A DNA stretch of 64,000 nucleotides from Camelus ferus (GCF_009834535.1 NC_045697.1:102674001-102738000); one strand, 5' to 3'; numbered from the stretch's first letter, positions 37,201-52,204 are shown. Program-made: numbers and translations. The notes: generated by a model not told the origin, from the sequence alone.

Positions 37201-40200
37201 TACTCCTCGACACATAATTACTAATCGTATCATTACTAACCATGTTATCACCAGCATTTTTAGTGCAAGTAACAGAAAGATTTAAATGTTCTCAAATGTT
37301 GGCCTATGAAGCTGAAATGAAATATTGTAAAGACCAGCTTTCCGTATAAAGTGACACAAAGAACAACATATTCAATCGATAACTTCCGGGTCAGGCAAAA
37401 GGGAGGTAGTATACAAGAAACCCAGTTTCATAACAAGGGTCTAAGGTGGAGAAGGAGTAGGTTAAAAGAGCAGATTCTTTAACCAAAGTGAGTTGCTTAA
37501 CTTTTAATCTGCAAAGGACAGAAGAGTTTAGCTAAATTGTACAGAAGCCACTGAACGCCTTCTCCATGAAGAGGTCTACTCTTAGGCTACAGTAGGATTA
37601 AACTAGTTATTTCTAAGTTCCTTCAAGTCCCTTTTTTCAATGATTCCTGGAACTTTCAAAGGCTTATCCAAATGAAACACATGCCCAGTTTGAAGGCAAA
37701 TCTACCACAGAAAAAGCCTCCTTTCACACCCTGTTCTATCTCGCCTCGGTCAGTTTATCCAAGATTCTGGCCTTTCAGATTTCTGAGCTCGAATTTTCAT
37801 TTCAGCTACTCCACCTCCTAGAAATACCTAATGGACTATTAAAGAATTGGCAACAAGTAAAAGAAATATTTCATAACCAGTATTTTTATTTTGGTTAGAG
37901 AAATTCACAGGTTATTTTAATTCCCTGCTATAGTTCTTAGCCCATTTTAGAAGAGCAGTTGGGGCTGGAATTTTTTTTTTTTTATTTAGCTTTTCTCTAG
38001 ACTACCTGCGAATCATTAAAAATATATCCCCAGTTGGGTCCACGGTTAAGTAACTGCTCTTTGCAAAATCAATCTGTAAAGATTCAGTGTAGAACACATT
38101 TTATTTCCCATTTTGCTTGCGATCCTAAATTATTTGGTGCCACTGCTTACAAGTGCTAATCTTGAGCTAATTCTCATAAAAATAAGCACAATGATGTTAG
38201 AGTTCATAACCTCTGGGCATCACACTTGCATGCTTGGGGCTAAGACTACCCTGTGGGATGACACAGGATTATCTACAGCACCAAAGTGACCTGAAGTGCA
38301 TGCAGCCCCACCTAGTTCCCATTAATGAAGAAGATGTTTAAATCTTGTCATCTTGAGTTAATAATCTCCTTCTGTCTCATGTTGAAATGTTCTTTGAAGC
38401 TGCCATTTATTATAAGCTTACCATCCAGTAGCAATCAGTTAAGCATTTGTTTAGGGACAAAGGCTCTGTCCACTTTCTCCATTCACTCAGTCCTGTACTG
38501 CTGAGACCGAGAACACACACAGGAAGAGACCGCAAAGGCAGTTGGTTAATGGAAGTAGACTGTTATCAACCATCAGTTGTCCCCCTGATTAACCCTTATA
38601 GTTCTCATGACTCCATAAAGTTTCAAAAAGTTAATGCTAGAAATGAAAACCCAAGAATCTATATTTAAATGGATTCCTTTCATTGACATTTGTTCAAGGA
38701 ACAAGTGAAATAAGGAAACAGCACTAGATTAGGAGTCAGGAGAGCTGGGTCATTTACTACCTGTGGTTTCAGCTTCATCTGTCTTGTGGGGCAACATACC
38801 TTATCTACCTGACAATTTTGCTTTAAGCATCTAAATGAGGCAACGGTCATGAATGTTCCTTGTAAACAACAAAGTACTTTACAAAATATTTGAGTGATTC
38901 ACTTTCCTGTTATATGTACAGAAAATGGAATACATTTTTAAAAGAAATTTTTATTAAAGAGTTTCGGAAGGGCTGCCAAAGAATCCTAGTAAAAAATTTC
39001 TACTCTTCTTATCAGAATTACAGGGGAAGAGGGTGGTGAAGTAGCAGCTGCCCAGGGAATCAAACAACAAAGAGCTCAAAATCTGGCATCAGGGAGAGCA
39101 CTGAAAAATGCTTAAATCTTTCTAAGAAAGTTAGGGGAAAAGAGATTCACAATTTTCCACAAGACTTAATTTTAACTTAATTACTGATTTTTTAACTACA
39201 AAAGAGTGAAATATTCATACAAGCAGAGCTATTTATTGGTCACCTCAGGGCACTTGTCCTTAGACTGGCCCCTTCTTGCACCTTTACAATGTTTTTTGGA
39301 CACCTGCAAAATTCTGAAGGCAAAAGAAAACATCTGCTCATACCCCAACTCATGCCTCTGGGTCCTATGAGCCAATGTTATAATTAATTTATTAATAATT
39401 ATCGTATTAGTATCATAGTAGGATTTAGATTAGATCACGTATAGATGTCTGTGGTAAATTGGATGGAGGAAATATTATTTTCATTGAGATAAGACTAACT
39501 CATTTATAATTTATTGCTAATCCAATGAAGGGCCCCTAAATGTCTAAGTGTCCCAAGCCCAGAATTACTTAAACAAGGCCAAAATAATTAAACACAAGCC
39601 TCAGTGTGAAGTAGAAATAATAACTTCAAGACAAAGTTTGGAGGGACTTGAATTTCTCTAAGAAAGATTGGGGGAAAGAGATCCCTTGCTCTTTACAAGG
39701 CTCAGTTAAAATTAAATCACTTGATTTCTTTTCAAACAAAGTCATAAAGTCACAAAATTGTCACATAAGCATCTTCTCTAAGTCACAGAGGAAAAATAGA
39801 AGTGAATAATTTTCTCTGTATTGGATCAATCTTTCTTCCTCTCCATCTCTCCGTCCCTTCATCCCTCCTTTCCATTCTACCTTCTTTCCTTCTCTTTTTC
39901 TGAAAAGCAATGAGTTTAATCTGTAAAGAAATGGGATGTTTCCTATAGCCTGAGCCACTGTTTCCATTTCTTTATCTTTGCGTCCCCATCCTGCACCACC
40001 CCCTCTCTCCTAACAGTAATCATGTTGGGAGGGTTTTATTTGATTAGGTCAAAGGTGAGAATCCCAGGACAATACTGTCCTTTTAATAGTCTTTGGTATG
40101 ACAGAAAACATTGGACCAGAGGCCACATACCTATCTTATCCACACATACCATCAGCATCAGTAGGTACTCTACCACGGCCGGAGGCAGTTTCTTCTTACA

Positions 40201-40489
40201 AGTATCCTGCCCTCCAACCCTCCTGGACCCTGATGAACCAGCTTGCTTTTGACTGCTCATCCATTCTTTGTTTTTCCCTCTTATCTACTGTTTGTAAACA
40301 GAAATCTGCTAACTCCTACATTTCGTAACAGCTACATGGATCTTTCTGATGCTCAGGTAATATTAAGTTATTACTGTATGGTACCCAAACCAGATGATGT
40401 GATACAGAAGAACAGAATACCTCTCCCTCTTCTGCTCCATATCTGTGGGACAGAGGAATGCTCCTTCAGAGTTACTTAGAATATTCAAC

Positions 40490-40645
40490 TAAGTGTCAGT
40501 AGCTGCACAATTTAGTCAAGTTAATCAACCTGTTTCCTTCATTCTGAAAAGGGGATAATGATAATTATAGGAATGCTGTCAGGATGAAATACAATAATAC
40601 ATAGAGAATGCTCTATCATAACAACTGGCACAAAGAAAGCGATGT
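40490..40645 (+). mobile_element. MIR SINE fragment
   Basis: caagttaatcaacctgtttccttcattctgaaaaggggataatgataa...gctgtcaggatgaaatacaataatac. Confidence 0.7.
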
Positions 40646-41239
40646 TAACTATTTTTAATGTCAATGTGAGGGCAAGAGGGAGTCTATGCAAGGAACCAGG
40701 CAGAGGACCCGGCCGATGTAAACATTTGAAGGAAATTGGGTGGCTCTACATGCCAACACTTCCTTCCTTTTTCATATTTCAGGGTTAAAAGATGAAAGGG
40801 AACAAGATCACTAAACAGTCATGCTTATAATCAACAACAACAACAACAACAAAAAGACAGCAGCGAATTTGGTTGCAAAAACACTTAATAAGGCCTTTTT
40901 TAGCATAGAAGATGATTCAGATTTAACCTGTTGCTATTCTGGATGTTGACAGAGTTACTTCTCAAGTTGGAAAATAGCATGATCACTGGATAGGTTAAGA
41001 TGTATGGTCAGACATATGATATTTTTAATAGGCATGGGGAAACAGAGTCTAACACGGAAATAATTAACTTTTTTTTTTAAATAACTCACTCTTAACAGTT
41101 GAAATAACTTACTCTATTACCTCATTAGGATGGAAAACTACCTTTTCACTTAACAAATGCACATGACAATGACAAGTGCCCTGTGCATCTTCCATTAAAT
41201 GAAATGAAAGATGTGGTACAGTTTCATTATGGTGATAGT

Positions 41240-41455
41240 TCCTTTTACAATCATTTTTACTATGAAATATTTCAGATATACACTTTTAAAAATATAAAGA
41301 ATATAATAAGCCCCTGGGTATACATCACTCAGCTTAAGAAATAAAACATTTACAAATGTAATTGAAGCCTCCCCCAATGATCTCATTTCTCAATTCCTCT
41401 TTCCCCTGGACCTCAAGGTAATCACCGTACTGAATTTGGTGTTATTTATTCACGT
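41240..41455 (-). mobile_element. Old L1 3'-end fragment
   Basis: ttttactatgaaatatttcagatatac...cagcttaagaaataaaacattac...ggtaatcaccgtactgaatttggtg. Confidence 0.65.
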
Positions 41456-41699
41456 GGGACACATTCTCAAGGTAACATTCTCAGGCCAAGATAAAAGGGC
41501 TAGTCTTCTATCAATCTTAAGAGTTAATTATTCCCTTGGTGCCTCTAAATAGAATTTATGATGTGGCAAGGTCTAGTAATATCAGAATTAGGTCCTATTT
41601 TTAATTAAATCAAAAGAGGAAAAATAGGCCATTTTAAGGCCACGCCAACTGTGAAAAGTCAATGATATTTAGAAAAAACTTTATAAATGTGGAAAGAAT

Positions 41700-42500
41700 T
41701 CAAGAGTTGAGTTTCATCAATATGGCAGGCTATACACTAAAACCCTGTTGCTAGGTCAACTAGAAATGCTGGGAAAAATTACACAAACTTAAAAAAAAAA
41801 AAACACACACACACAGCTAAGCTCATATAAAAGAAAAATATCCAGATTCCAGGAATAATGAAGGAACTGAAAACCTGACCTGCAAATGAGTAGGCTATCC
41901 TGTGCTTGCCTCAATGGCGAGTGGTGAGGAGCAGCTGCAATCCTAGGAGTTTGGTTTTCAAGGGAAAGCAAAGGATCAATGAAAACCTGGCTCTTGCAAG
42001 ATGGAGAATTGAAACTAAGATCTCAACATAAAATTGGAAGGGCTAAACTCTCAGGTGGGGGAAAGAAATCTGCCCACCAGCAAAAGAAGGCTATAGACAA
42101 TAGGGACACTAGTTTATTTGTGCTTGGGCTCTGAGTGGGGAAAATAAATCCCCTGAGAATTCATAACATGGGCCTGCACTATCCAGAGGACTGAATTTAC
42201 GTCACATGTCACCTAGCAAGCCACAAGTCAAGAAATTACAGAGAACTGAGTCCTAAACTAGGGATCCCCTAGGCACACAAAAGTAAATCCCAAACTGTCC
42301 TGGAATAACCTTCCTAACGCAGCCGGCACAGGAACTTTTTAGATACAGCCCTGCTGAAGATGAGCTCACAATCCAAGATCTCAAAACAAGAGAAAACAAT
42401 CCATATGCATGTACTATAGGTGGATTCAGTAGCCAAAAAGCCCAGCAGATTAAAACCTAAGAAATTAACACAACAGAAATGTCGGATAAGAGTCTACTAA
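41700..42500 (+). mobile_element. Probable decayed L1 5' region
   Basis: caatatggcaggc...agaaatgctggg...gctcacaatccaagatctcaaaaca resembles old L1M 5' ends; upstream of and collinear with the ORF2 block. Confidence 0.5.
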
Positions 42501-43599
42501 TTATAACTAAAAGAATTATCATAACCAATTAGTCTAAAATTCCCCCACATTTTGCCAACTACTACAAATTCTGCATTCCTTAACATACAGAAAAATGAAA
42601 AATGAGTGAGCAGCTATTAAGGGAAAGATTAATAACTGCATTTTGAGGAAAGATCAAGGCAAACCCAGAAATATAAAACACAGAATTATTTGCCACTGAA
42701 TTACTTTGAAACCATGTAACAATATAAAGTTGCATTTAACAGCTACTGCAGGGAAAAATGACCTCAAATGTGTAAGTTGAGGCTCTTTCCTCAAAAGTAT
42801 CTGCCAGAACGTTAATGCAGAGTAAGAAGCTACCTGTAGAGGATCTGGAGGGTGCGGGTGTATACATCAAAGTTAATAGGGTAGTTTGAAAGTTGGGAGA
42901 GGTGGTGATGAAGAAAATTGTTATACTTTAAATGTGTTTCTATTCTAACTATTTGTAATGCTTTATAAATTAATGATCAATATATTCACTATTGTCTCCT
43001 AACCTAATTTATTCTCCTGAGGCCCCCACATAAGAGACACCCATATAAGCATCGCAGCATGGTACCAATATGTGTTGATTATCCTTAACCTAAACTTAAA
43101 CTTTCTGCCTAGCCATATATAAATAATTAATCTTGTCTATTTTATATTTCCAGTCATTTCTTGCAACTTCTACTGCCACATTCCCATCTGGCCCCTCATC
43201 ACATCACACCTGAGTTTATCATTTAGTCATCAAATATTTGACTGCAAGCTTACCATGTATCAAGTACTATTGTTCTAGATGCTACATTATTTCAAAGGTT
43301 TCAGAACCTATCTTTATTGCTTCCTGTGTTTCCTGCTCCAGTTGACTGTTACTGATTTAATCTTCTTAAAACACGTACCATTCATCTATCTGTTCAAAAA
43401 TCCATCAATATTTCCCTGAAAGAAGATACAGGCCAAACTTTTAACTTGACATTAAAAAGCCTTCCAAAATCTGTCCCAAGACCATCTTTCTAAAGTTTTT
43501 GCTCATCTCTCTCCTAAATGTTTACTTGCATTAGTTTGGGAGGCAGTATCTTCCAAATAAGACATATAGATTTCTTCCTTGCAGAGAATCAAACTGAAT

Positions 43600-46500
43600 G
43601 ATGGGGAAAAAAAACAATTATAACTACTGAAAACATAACAAATATAAGGATATGAAATGGTGTGAAGTAAAAGAATGGAAAAAGATAAAACATTCAAATA
43701 CTAATCAAAAGAAAACTAGCGCACCCTTATTAAATCTGACAAAGCAGATTTTATGGCAAAAAACATTACTAGAGGCAAAGAAGTACACTTCATAATAGAT
43801 GATTTAATTAATCAGAAAGATATAATTCTAAGTATGTATGTAGTTAATAATATAGCCTAAAAATATATAAAGAGAAATTTGACAGAATTATTAGAAAGAG
43901 TAGACAAATCCACAATAATGTGGAAGATTTTCGGACAACTTTCTTATTAATGTATAGAATAAGCAGACAGAATAATCAGTGCAATATATGTTGGATAACA
44001 CAATTAATAAACCTGACCTAATTGACATATATGGAGCACTGTACCCCAAAACTACAGAAATATGATTTGTATGAAACATTAATAAAAACTGAGCATATGC
44101 TGAGATATTAAAGCAAGTTTCAACAAATTTCAAAAATGTTCTCCTTCCAAAGAGTAAATGTGCTTGAAATCAATGATAAAAGAATACTTTGAAAATATCC
44201 ATACATTTGGACAGAAAATTAAATGTAATTCTAAGGGGAGAGGGTATAGATCAATGGTAGAGCGCGTGCTTAACATGCATAAGGTCCTGGGTTCAATCCC
44301 TAGTACCTCTATTAAAATAAATAAGTAAATAAATAAACCTAATTAACTCCCCCCTAAAAATAAATAAATAAGTAAATATGATTTCTAAAAAAACAAAAGA
44401 AAGAAATATAATTCTGAATAAGTCATGGGTCAAAGAGAAATGTTCTTACAGGAATTAGAAAATATTCTAATATTTGACAATGGATAATTATGAATTAAAC
44501 TGTATCAAATCAACCAGAGCTGTGCTTAGAGGGAAACTTACAGCAAGTGTATGTTTTAGAAAAGAGGAATGCTGCAAATCATTAATCTAATCTAATTAAT
44601 ACATCTCAAAAAGAAAGACAAGGCAAATTAAGCCCAAAGAAAATAATTAGGGGCAGAAATTAATAAAATAGGACAAACATGTGCAATAGAGAGCCTAAAC
44701 AAAACCAAAAGTTGGTTCTTAGAAAAAGTAATAGAATTGGTAAGTTTCTGCTGAGGCTGAAAAAAAGGAAAAATGAGACATCATAAATAACCAAATTCAG
44801 GAATGATAAGGGATCTAACACTACAGATCCCACAGATGTTATAAAGATCATAAAATGACAATATGAACAACTTTATGCCAAGTAACTTGAAAATGTAGAC
44901 GAAATGGATAAACTTCCAGGAAGACACAAATTACCAAAACCTATACAGGAGAAAGTAAAAATGTCTGAATATTTCTCCATCTATTTAGAATTAGAAATCA
45001 AATCTATAATTACATCCTCACTGTGAATTTTATAAATCACCTAAGGAATTATTCTTATCTCACACAAACTCTTCCAGAAAATAGAAAAAATTTTAAAAAG
45101 CTTTCCCATTCATTATATGAAGCCAAAATAATTCCAATAGCAAAACATGACAAGGACAGTACAAAAAAGGAATATCACAGGTCAGTCTCACTCATGATGA
45201 AAAAGTCCTAAACTAATTTTTAGCAAATCCAGTGATTCACAAAAAAGGATAATGCCCATATTGAAGTTGGATTTATTCCAGGAAAGATGGTTGATTTAAC
45301 ATTCAAAAAGAATCCAACATAATTCAACATACTACAAAACAAAGGGGAAAAAATCTTATGGTTATTTCAATAGGTGCAAGAAAAGCATTTTATACACATA
45401 ACATACATTCATGATTTAAAAACAAAAATTTCTGGTAAAGTAGAAATACAAGGGTCTAGAATTAACTTTATTGAAGGTTTCTTAAAAACAACCTAAGCAA
45501 ACAAACATCATACAAAGTGGTGAAATCTTGAAAGCTTTCCCGTTGGAATCAGAAACAAAATAAGAATGACTGTTCTCAATGTTTTCTATCTAACATCTCA
45601 AGCTTGTATCCAATACGTTGCAGGAGGATGTAGCTAGTACAATAAGGAAAGAAAATAAATAAAAGGCATAAGAAAAGGAAAAGAAGAAATAAAATGGCCA
45701 TCATTTAGAAACACAAAAAAAATCCAAAAGAATCTACAGAAAATTCTAATTAAGAGGTAAGTTAGAAAGTTGCTGGATATAAAGTCAAGATACAAAAATC
45801 AGTTTTATTTCAATTTACCAAAAAAATTTTTTTAAGGTCTCATTTATAATAGCATCAAAAATTATCAAATTCCTTGCAATAAACCTACAAAAGATGTACA
45901 AGATGTCTCCCTAGAAAACTATAAAACATTATTGAAAGAAATTAAAGACTCAAATATATGGAGTCTTCTGTAACTTGGAAGATAATATTGTAAAAGTGTC
46001 AGTTACCAAATTGATCTATATAGATTCAAAGCAATCCCAATAAAAGTTCTATCCAGTTTGTGTGTGTGTCCATGCTTGTGCACACATAATCTGATACGCT
46101 GAATATAAAATGTATATAAAAATGAAAAACGCCAAGAACAATTGAGACACTGTTAAGAAAGAACAAGCTGGAAGCACTTGATCTACGTGATATCAGAATG
46201 TATTACAAATCAATAGTAATAAAGACAGTACAGTTTTGATGCAAGAACAGACATATTGGATAGAGCAGAGAGCTCAAAAATACACCACACACATGTGGAT
46301 ACTTGATTTGAAATGAAGGTGGCATTGTAGAGCTGTGGGGAGAGAGCATCTTCAGGGAATGGTGCTGGGTTAGCTGTATATCCATATAAGGAAGGAAAAA
46401 TTGAAATTTAGCTCCTATCACCTAAGGTGAATTGAAGATCTAAATCTGTACAACAAAGCAAATGTAGCTTTTAGAAGATAATATAAAAGAATATCTTCAC

Positions 46501-47560
46501 AATGCTCAGGTTGGAAATTACTTCTTCGTGCACAAAAATATACTAAACATCATGGAAAAGGTTAATAAATTGGTTTACATTAAAAGTAGGAATTTCTGTT
46601 TATTAAGAGATTCCACCTTTAAGAGAATGAAAAGGCAAACCATAGAGTAGAAGATAGTTACAATATTTATAACTGTCAAAGCGTTTATAACCAGAATATG
46701 TGAAGCTCTTTTAAAAATCAGTAAGGGAAATAAAGGCAAATTTTAAAAATGAACAAAAGACTAGAGTACTTCACGAAAGAGGCTATCCAAATTGATAACA
46801 AACATATGAAAAGTGGCTTGACCTTATTAGTTATTAGGGAACAGAAAATTAAAACTGCAGTAATATAACACTACACTTACCCAAGTGGCTAAAATTTAAA
46901 AGACTAACAATACTAAAGACTGGTGAGTATTTGGAGCAACAGGAACCCTGCTGCTGAGATGGGAACGGGTACATACACTGGAAAATGACCAGGCATTATC
47001 TACAAGCAATGAGCATATGTACACACTTTGGGCGAAGTATTTGGCTCCTATATACATATCTAATGGAAATGCACACACAATGTGAGTCAGAAGACAGGTA
47101 CCAGAATTTCATAATAGTATTATTTGTAATAGCTTCAACTGAAAATTTCAATAACCAACAACAGTAGAATGAATAAATAAATTTTGGTTTATTCTTACAA
47201 TAGAATACTATGTATACAGCAGTAGAGATGAACAGTAAGATGCTATAGTAACACTCATATATATCACAAAAATCATGCTGAACAAAAGAAAACCAACACA
47301 AAACATATTGTACCCTTGTATATACATATGTATAAAATGAATATTACATTAAACGTAGGTGAAACTTAGCTACGCCATTTGACCTGAGGTAGATTTAATC
47401 TTGGGGAGGAGGAAGGGAATAGTGGTTGAGACAGGACATGAAGAGGGCTTCCAAGGAGATATCCTAATCTCTGGCAATGTACATGGGTGTCCACCTTGAG
47501 CTAATTCATTGAGCTAGTGTTTGGTGCACTTCATTGTATAGACAGTATGCCACACACACA
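43600..47560 (+). mobile_element. Long decayed L1 ORF2 and 3' UTR (~4 kb)
   Basis: A-rich sense strand; residual ORF2 peptide LSHSLYEAKIIPIAKHDKDSTKKEYHRSVSLM (cf. LPNSFYEASIILIPKPGRD...NFRPISLM); many stops and frameshifts. Confidence 0.92.
44235..44403 (+). mobile_element. tRNA-derived SINE (camelid Vic-1-like) inserted in L1
   Basis: ggggagagggtatagatcaatggtagagcgcgtgcttaacatgcataaggtcctgggttcaatccc, A-rich tail; TSD aaat(g/a)taattct at 44221-44232 and 44404-44415. Confidence 0.92.
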
Positions 47561-49069
47561 CAGTTAAAAAGGAAAAAGGCTGATAAAAATCAGCCAAAGA
47601 TTACACAGATAGGATTCAGGTGCTCATAAATTCCTGTGCTACTGATTACTTCCTTTTATCTTGGGAACAATAGAAATTTTCACACACAGCGCCACTCTAT
47701 TAAAATAATATTTCTTATTATATTCACTAGCTACACAAAGAGCATATGCAAAATGGTTACTGTTCTTTAAAACAAGAAATTGCACTTATATTTTTTCTTC
47801 ATATCACTAGTATATTTCATGCTTAAGTTAATATATCTTTAAAAGGGATTATAGTATGATTAATATCGTTTCAAAGACTTTTTCATTTCTAAAAGAAGTC
47901 ATTCTTATTTTGAATCCAAAAATAATTAGATGTAAGATAAGCACAAATTGGACTCAAAGGAATCAAGTTGTATTTCTACTAATGATGATTTTGTTTAAAC
48001 ACACAACATGCCATATTCCAAGAATGCAAATATTTTTGTAATGGCCACTTGAGAGCCTTATTTGGAGCTGTGTACAATTTCTGATGTTCTTGTTTACAAA
48101 TGGATTTTTCTAAGAATTCTCTTTGTTATCTTAATCTCTGGAATGGAAGGAGGGAACCTGGAACAACAAACTCAAATTGGGAGCACGTTTCTGTGATTCC
48201 ACGAGCATCGTCCTCTGAGGAATGTCCTGTGGAAAAGCACAGATTTCCACCTAACTATAGCCTTCTCCAAGGTCCAATCTTAATTATATAAAACAAATAT
48301 TAATTAAATATTGTTTGTGACTTATATAAAATGAGTTTCAAAAAGTAGTTTTTAACTCCACAGTCGTCTTCATAGCTTCTAATGGTGGTGGGTGTTAGGC
48401 CATCCATATTGCATCTTTCTTCCTCCAAAGTTTTAATACAGCATTAAATGCAAGAATTATATAGGGGTAGGGGTATATAATTAGTTACCCTACACGTAAC
48501 AGGATAAGATAACGTGCATCCCATCCCACCCTACCTTTCTTCTGTCTTGTAACTTCCTGATGTTGCATGTTACTGACGTTAACTCTTGCTGTCGTCTGAA
48601 TGTCACCTCCTCATTCCTCCACAGATTTGTACAGATTTTCATGCCTAAAATGCCCTTCCATTTCATCTCTCTCTACTTAAATCTGCACATTGTTCTGGAA
48701 CCAGTGTCAATTTAGGAAGACTTCTTCCCCACTCCTGATGTCCCAACTAAGAGGAAACTCAGTTCCTATTCTCTGAGCCTCTCTCCACCCCTTTACTCCA
48801 TCCCTGAGGAGGTAAACATTTGATTTGTTAATATGGGAATAATTGAGACTGTATGGCTCAGTTCCATACCTTCTAGGGAGCTTCCTGACCCATTCAATGC
48901 AACCATCTGTGACATGAGTCTTAGGGATTCATTATTAGAAAAGCCCAAATTAGCTAACACTCAAGATTTATTTAAGTCACTGTGGTAGGTGTTTGTGTTA
49001 CTCATAACTAAATATAATCCTGACACAGTAGTTTTTGTGAAGATAAGATATAAGGTTTGGAAGTATGTC

Positions 49070-49850
49070 AGTGCAAAGTGTTATATCTACTGCATGCCTA
49101 CTAGATGCTGAGAATTATAATACAAATATGGAAGATAAATAAGACTGGCTCCTTGTTTTCAATATACAACATATACAATATCACATTCATATGTGAGTAC
49201 AGTACTGGTGGATTACATAAACACTGAGGGGCTTTAGGATAAAAGAATGAACAAAAACATATCAGATTAAAATCAGTTAAGTGAAGGCATTCAAGGGAGT
49301 GACTTTGAGCTAGCTTCTGCCCAGAAAAGTGACATCAACTGACAGAGTAGTGACTAGATTAAAGGCCATTAGATGTTACATACAAAAGAGTGAAAATAAG
49401 AATGAGGGACTTGTGTGCATAAAACAGGCAAGCATGTTTGCTTGGCTAGAGCGAAAAAGACTGAGAATAACGAAAAAAAAGGTTATAAAAAGGTAGGGAA
49501 GATGTATGCTCTTGAAGGAATGCCAGAGGACTTATTTATAAAGGTAAATTTATACAGGTAATGTGGAATTAGTATCAATATTTACAGAAAGCCACACGGA
49601 ATACTGTTTGGATCATTTTATTTCAGCCTAAAGACCAGTGGTTCAGCTGGGAGCTCCCTGAAATTGGTCTAGAATGACGTGAACGGGGTGAAGCTGAAAG
49701 CGATCATTCACGTGGGGTTGGAGGTACTGAGTATGGAAAGATGAAGTGGAAGAGTCAAAGTGACACCCGAATACCAGTCTAGCAGTTGAAAATTTCAAGA
49801 AAGAAATGATGAACTTTGTTCCAAACAGCCCAGATGATGGGAAAAGATGA
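49070..49850 (-). mobile_element. L2 LINE fragments
   Basis: tatctactgcatgcc...tagatgctgag...actttgagctag...agagtcaaagtgacaccc. Confidence 0.55.
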
Positions 49851-52204
49851 AAGAAAACTTCTGAAGAATAGGATCCTTGAATCTCCTATTAGTTACTGAA
49901 TGCTACCTTTAAAAATAAGCACTGTTTTAAAATAAAAAGTAAAACTTTTCTTTGTCTTTGGAAGACACCTGAGTGTGTTATAACTTAATCACTGGATGGC
50001 TTGTTAGCCTCCTTTTACCTACACTACCCTCTAGGTTCATTTTATCTCCATATCCATTAAACATGTGATTCTTATAAATTTTAACAGTTGAAAAACAAAC
50101 AGTTGGCTGAACTCTCTGCTTCAGTCTTCTGAATACTTCGCTTCTTGGTAAGTGATCAGTATTTTGATACTGCTGTAGTAAAACAGGAAATGATCTGTTA
50201 AAATCTGGATCTCCAGCTATAGATGAATGCCAGGGTAAAGAGGAGAGCAAGTCCCAGAATAAAGTCTATAAAAACAGTTGGGGGAGGTATTTCTAGGACC
50301 ACAGGGAGAGAATCGTAATTTGCTCTCAACATCAGAAAAGCAAATGCATTGTGGAAAAACATCTTATGGTGATCACTGAACTGCATCAGTGGAAGGCTTA
50401 CAGCCATAAACACAGCAATTAAAACAGTTGAGATGGTAAATACTAGAGCTTCAATTATACATGATGTAAAATACCATTTCCTGAAATAATAATTCACTCA
50501 GAAGATTTCATAAACAGGTAGACTACTTCTAAATTGGTGTAAGTAAGTAATTAAAAATAATTAATTTTGCTTATGTTGGCAAAATAGTAAATTGGTTCTA
50601 TTAACCAGAAAGGACAAGAGAAGACAAACAAGGGTGGTAGGATTAACCATGGGAAAAGGGGAGGGTACTTTCACATACAACTGAAAAACAGACTGGTTAT
50701 ATTACTAAAAAACAACTTTAACTTTTTTTATAAAATTACCATGGATTATAGATATTTTCTTAGAGTGGACGCAGTTCTAATTAATTAGCCTTAAGATTTG
50801 TTTTGTTAATAGAATAAATCATTACTATGGATAATTAATAAACTAATCCCTGAGGCTTTTTTTCTTTGTCGTCTTCCTCTCTCTAATGCTTTCTAGACAC
50901 CATTGCACAGAAGCAGGCCCAACTAAATGGCAGGTTATAAAGCACAGACAGCGTCCTTGTGGATGGCTGGTAAACAGCCTAGCGCAGCAAAAACTTCCAA
51001 ACACCATACCCTAGGGAGTCACAGAGGACGGGGGGAAAGCCAGGGCAATGTGGGCAAAAGAAGAGAATCTTAGTTTAAAAGAGCCACAAAGCAAAATCAT
51101 CTCCAAACAGCCACAACTACAAAGTACTGCTTCCCCCAATGCTTTAACATATTTTACAAATTTTATCATTTTAAAAAGGTAATTGATGAAATAAGCTAAT
51201 AGCCAAGAATTCAATTAAAAATGACATACAACAGGCCACACTATTAGGAATTTAGAGCAGTAAAATTTTCTAAGACACTAGAAAACATATTTGTATCTGA
51301 TTCATAAAATTTTATCCTCATAAAAATTTATACTGTAGTGTATAATCTATACTAAACTCGTAGTCATAATGGCTAAAAAAACAGAAGGCATGGTGTTTAA
51401 AATTAGTTTTCAAGATTGGTCTGTGTTTTAATTGTTGGAACTTTTCAAATGAGGGCAAATGTACAAAACATCACTGGATTCCTAACACACAAATCATCTG
51501 TTTCAAATTAATTGTTGTTATTCATAGAAAAACAATGATAGTTTGAATTCAAGAATATGCCTAAAAAGTGAATAACTAGCTGATATCACAAATAGTCTTT
51601 CTTTCCAAAATTCCCCCTCCTCCACAGTATCTTCTTCAGTTTCACCTCCAACTTCCTGAACAGGAAGTCAACTCTCTGTACTCTGCACTTCCATCCACCT
51701 CTTAGAGAGCTCACCCCTCTAATATTTGATTTGGTTATCAGAGATCTATGATTTCCCCTAGTAGACTATAAAAACTGGAAAGCAAGGTCTGCATCAGTTT
51801 AACTTGGTTTCCTTATTACATCTAATTCAACATTCAATATCCACTAGTCTTTTTAGAGCTGAGTATTTCTTAGTCTTCAAAGAACTCCTGTATTTTATTT
51901 TCCAGTTTTATATAGAGTTTCTTGTGACAAGATTTCCTCAGGTAATAAACTGATTATCAAAGTGTCTAATACTTCAATTACATGTGAAATTTAAAAATTT
52001 CAATCTTACAACTGCACAGTTTGATCAGCACTCAAAAACATATACTGATGAATCAGTGAATTTGCTGTCACTGTTTTAACTGTTAAAATGGCTTTTCAAT
52101 GTTAATTTTTTATTCTCAGATCTATACAGTAAGAAATACAACTACATCAAATCTAGCATCTTTGGATGATTCCTACGTGAAACAGGAAGAATAAGCTACT
52201 TCTT

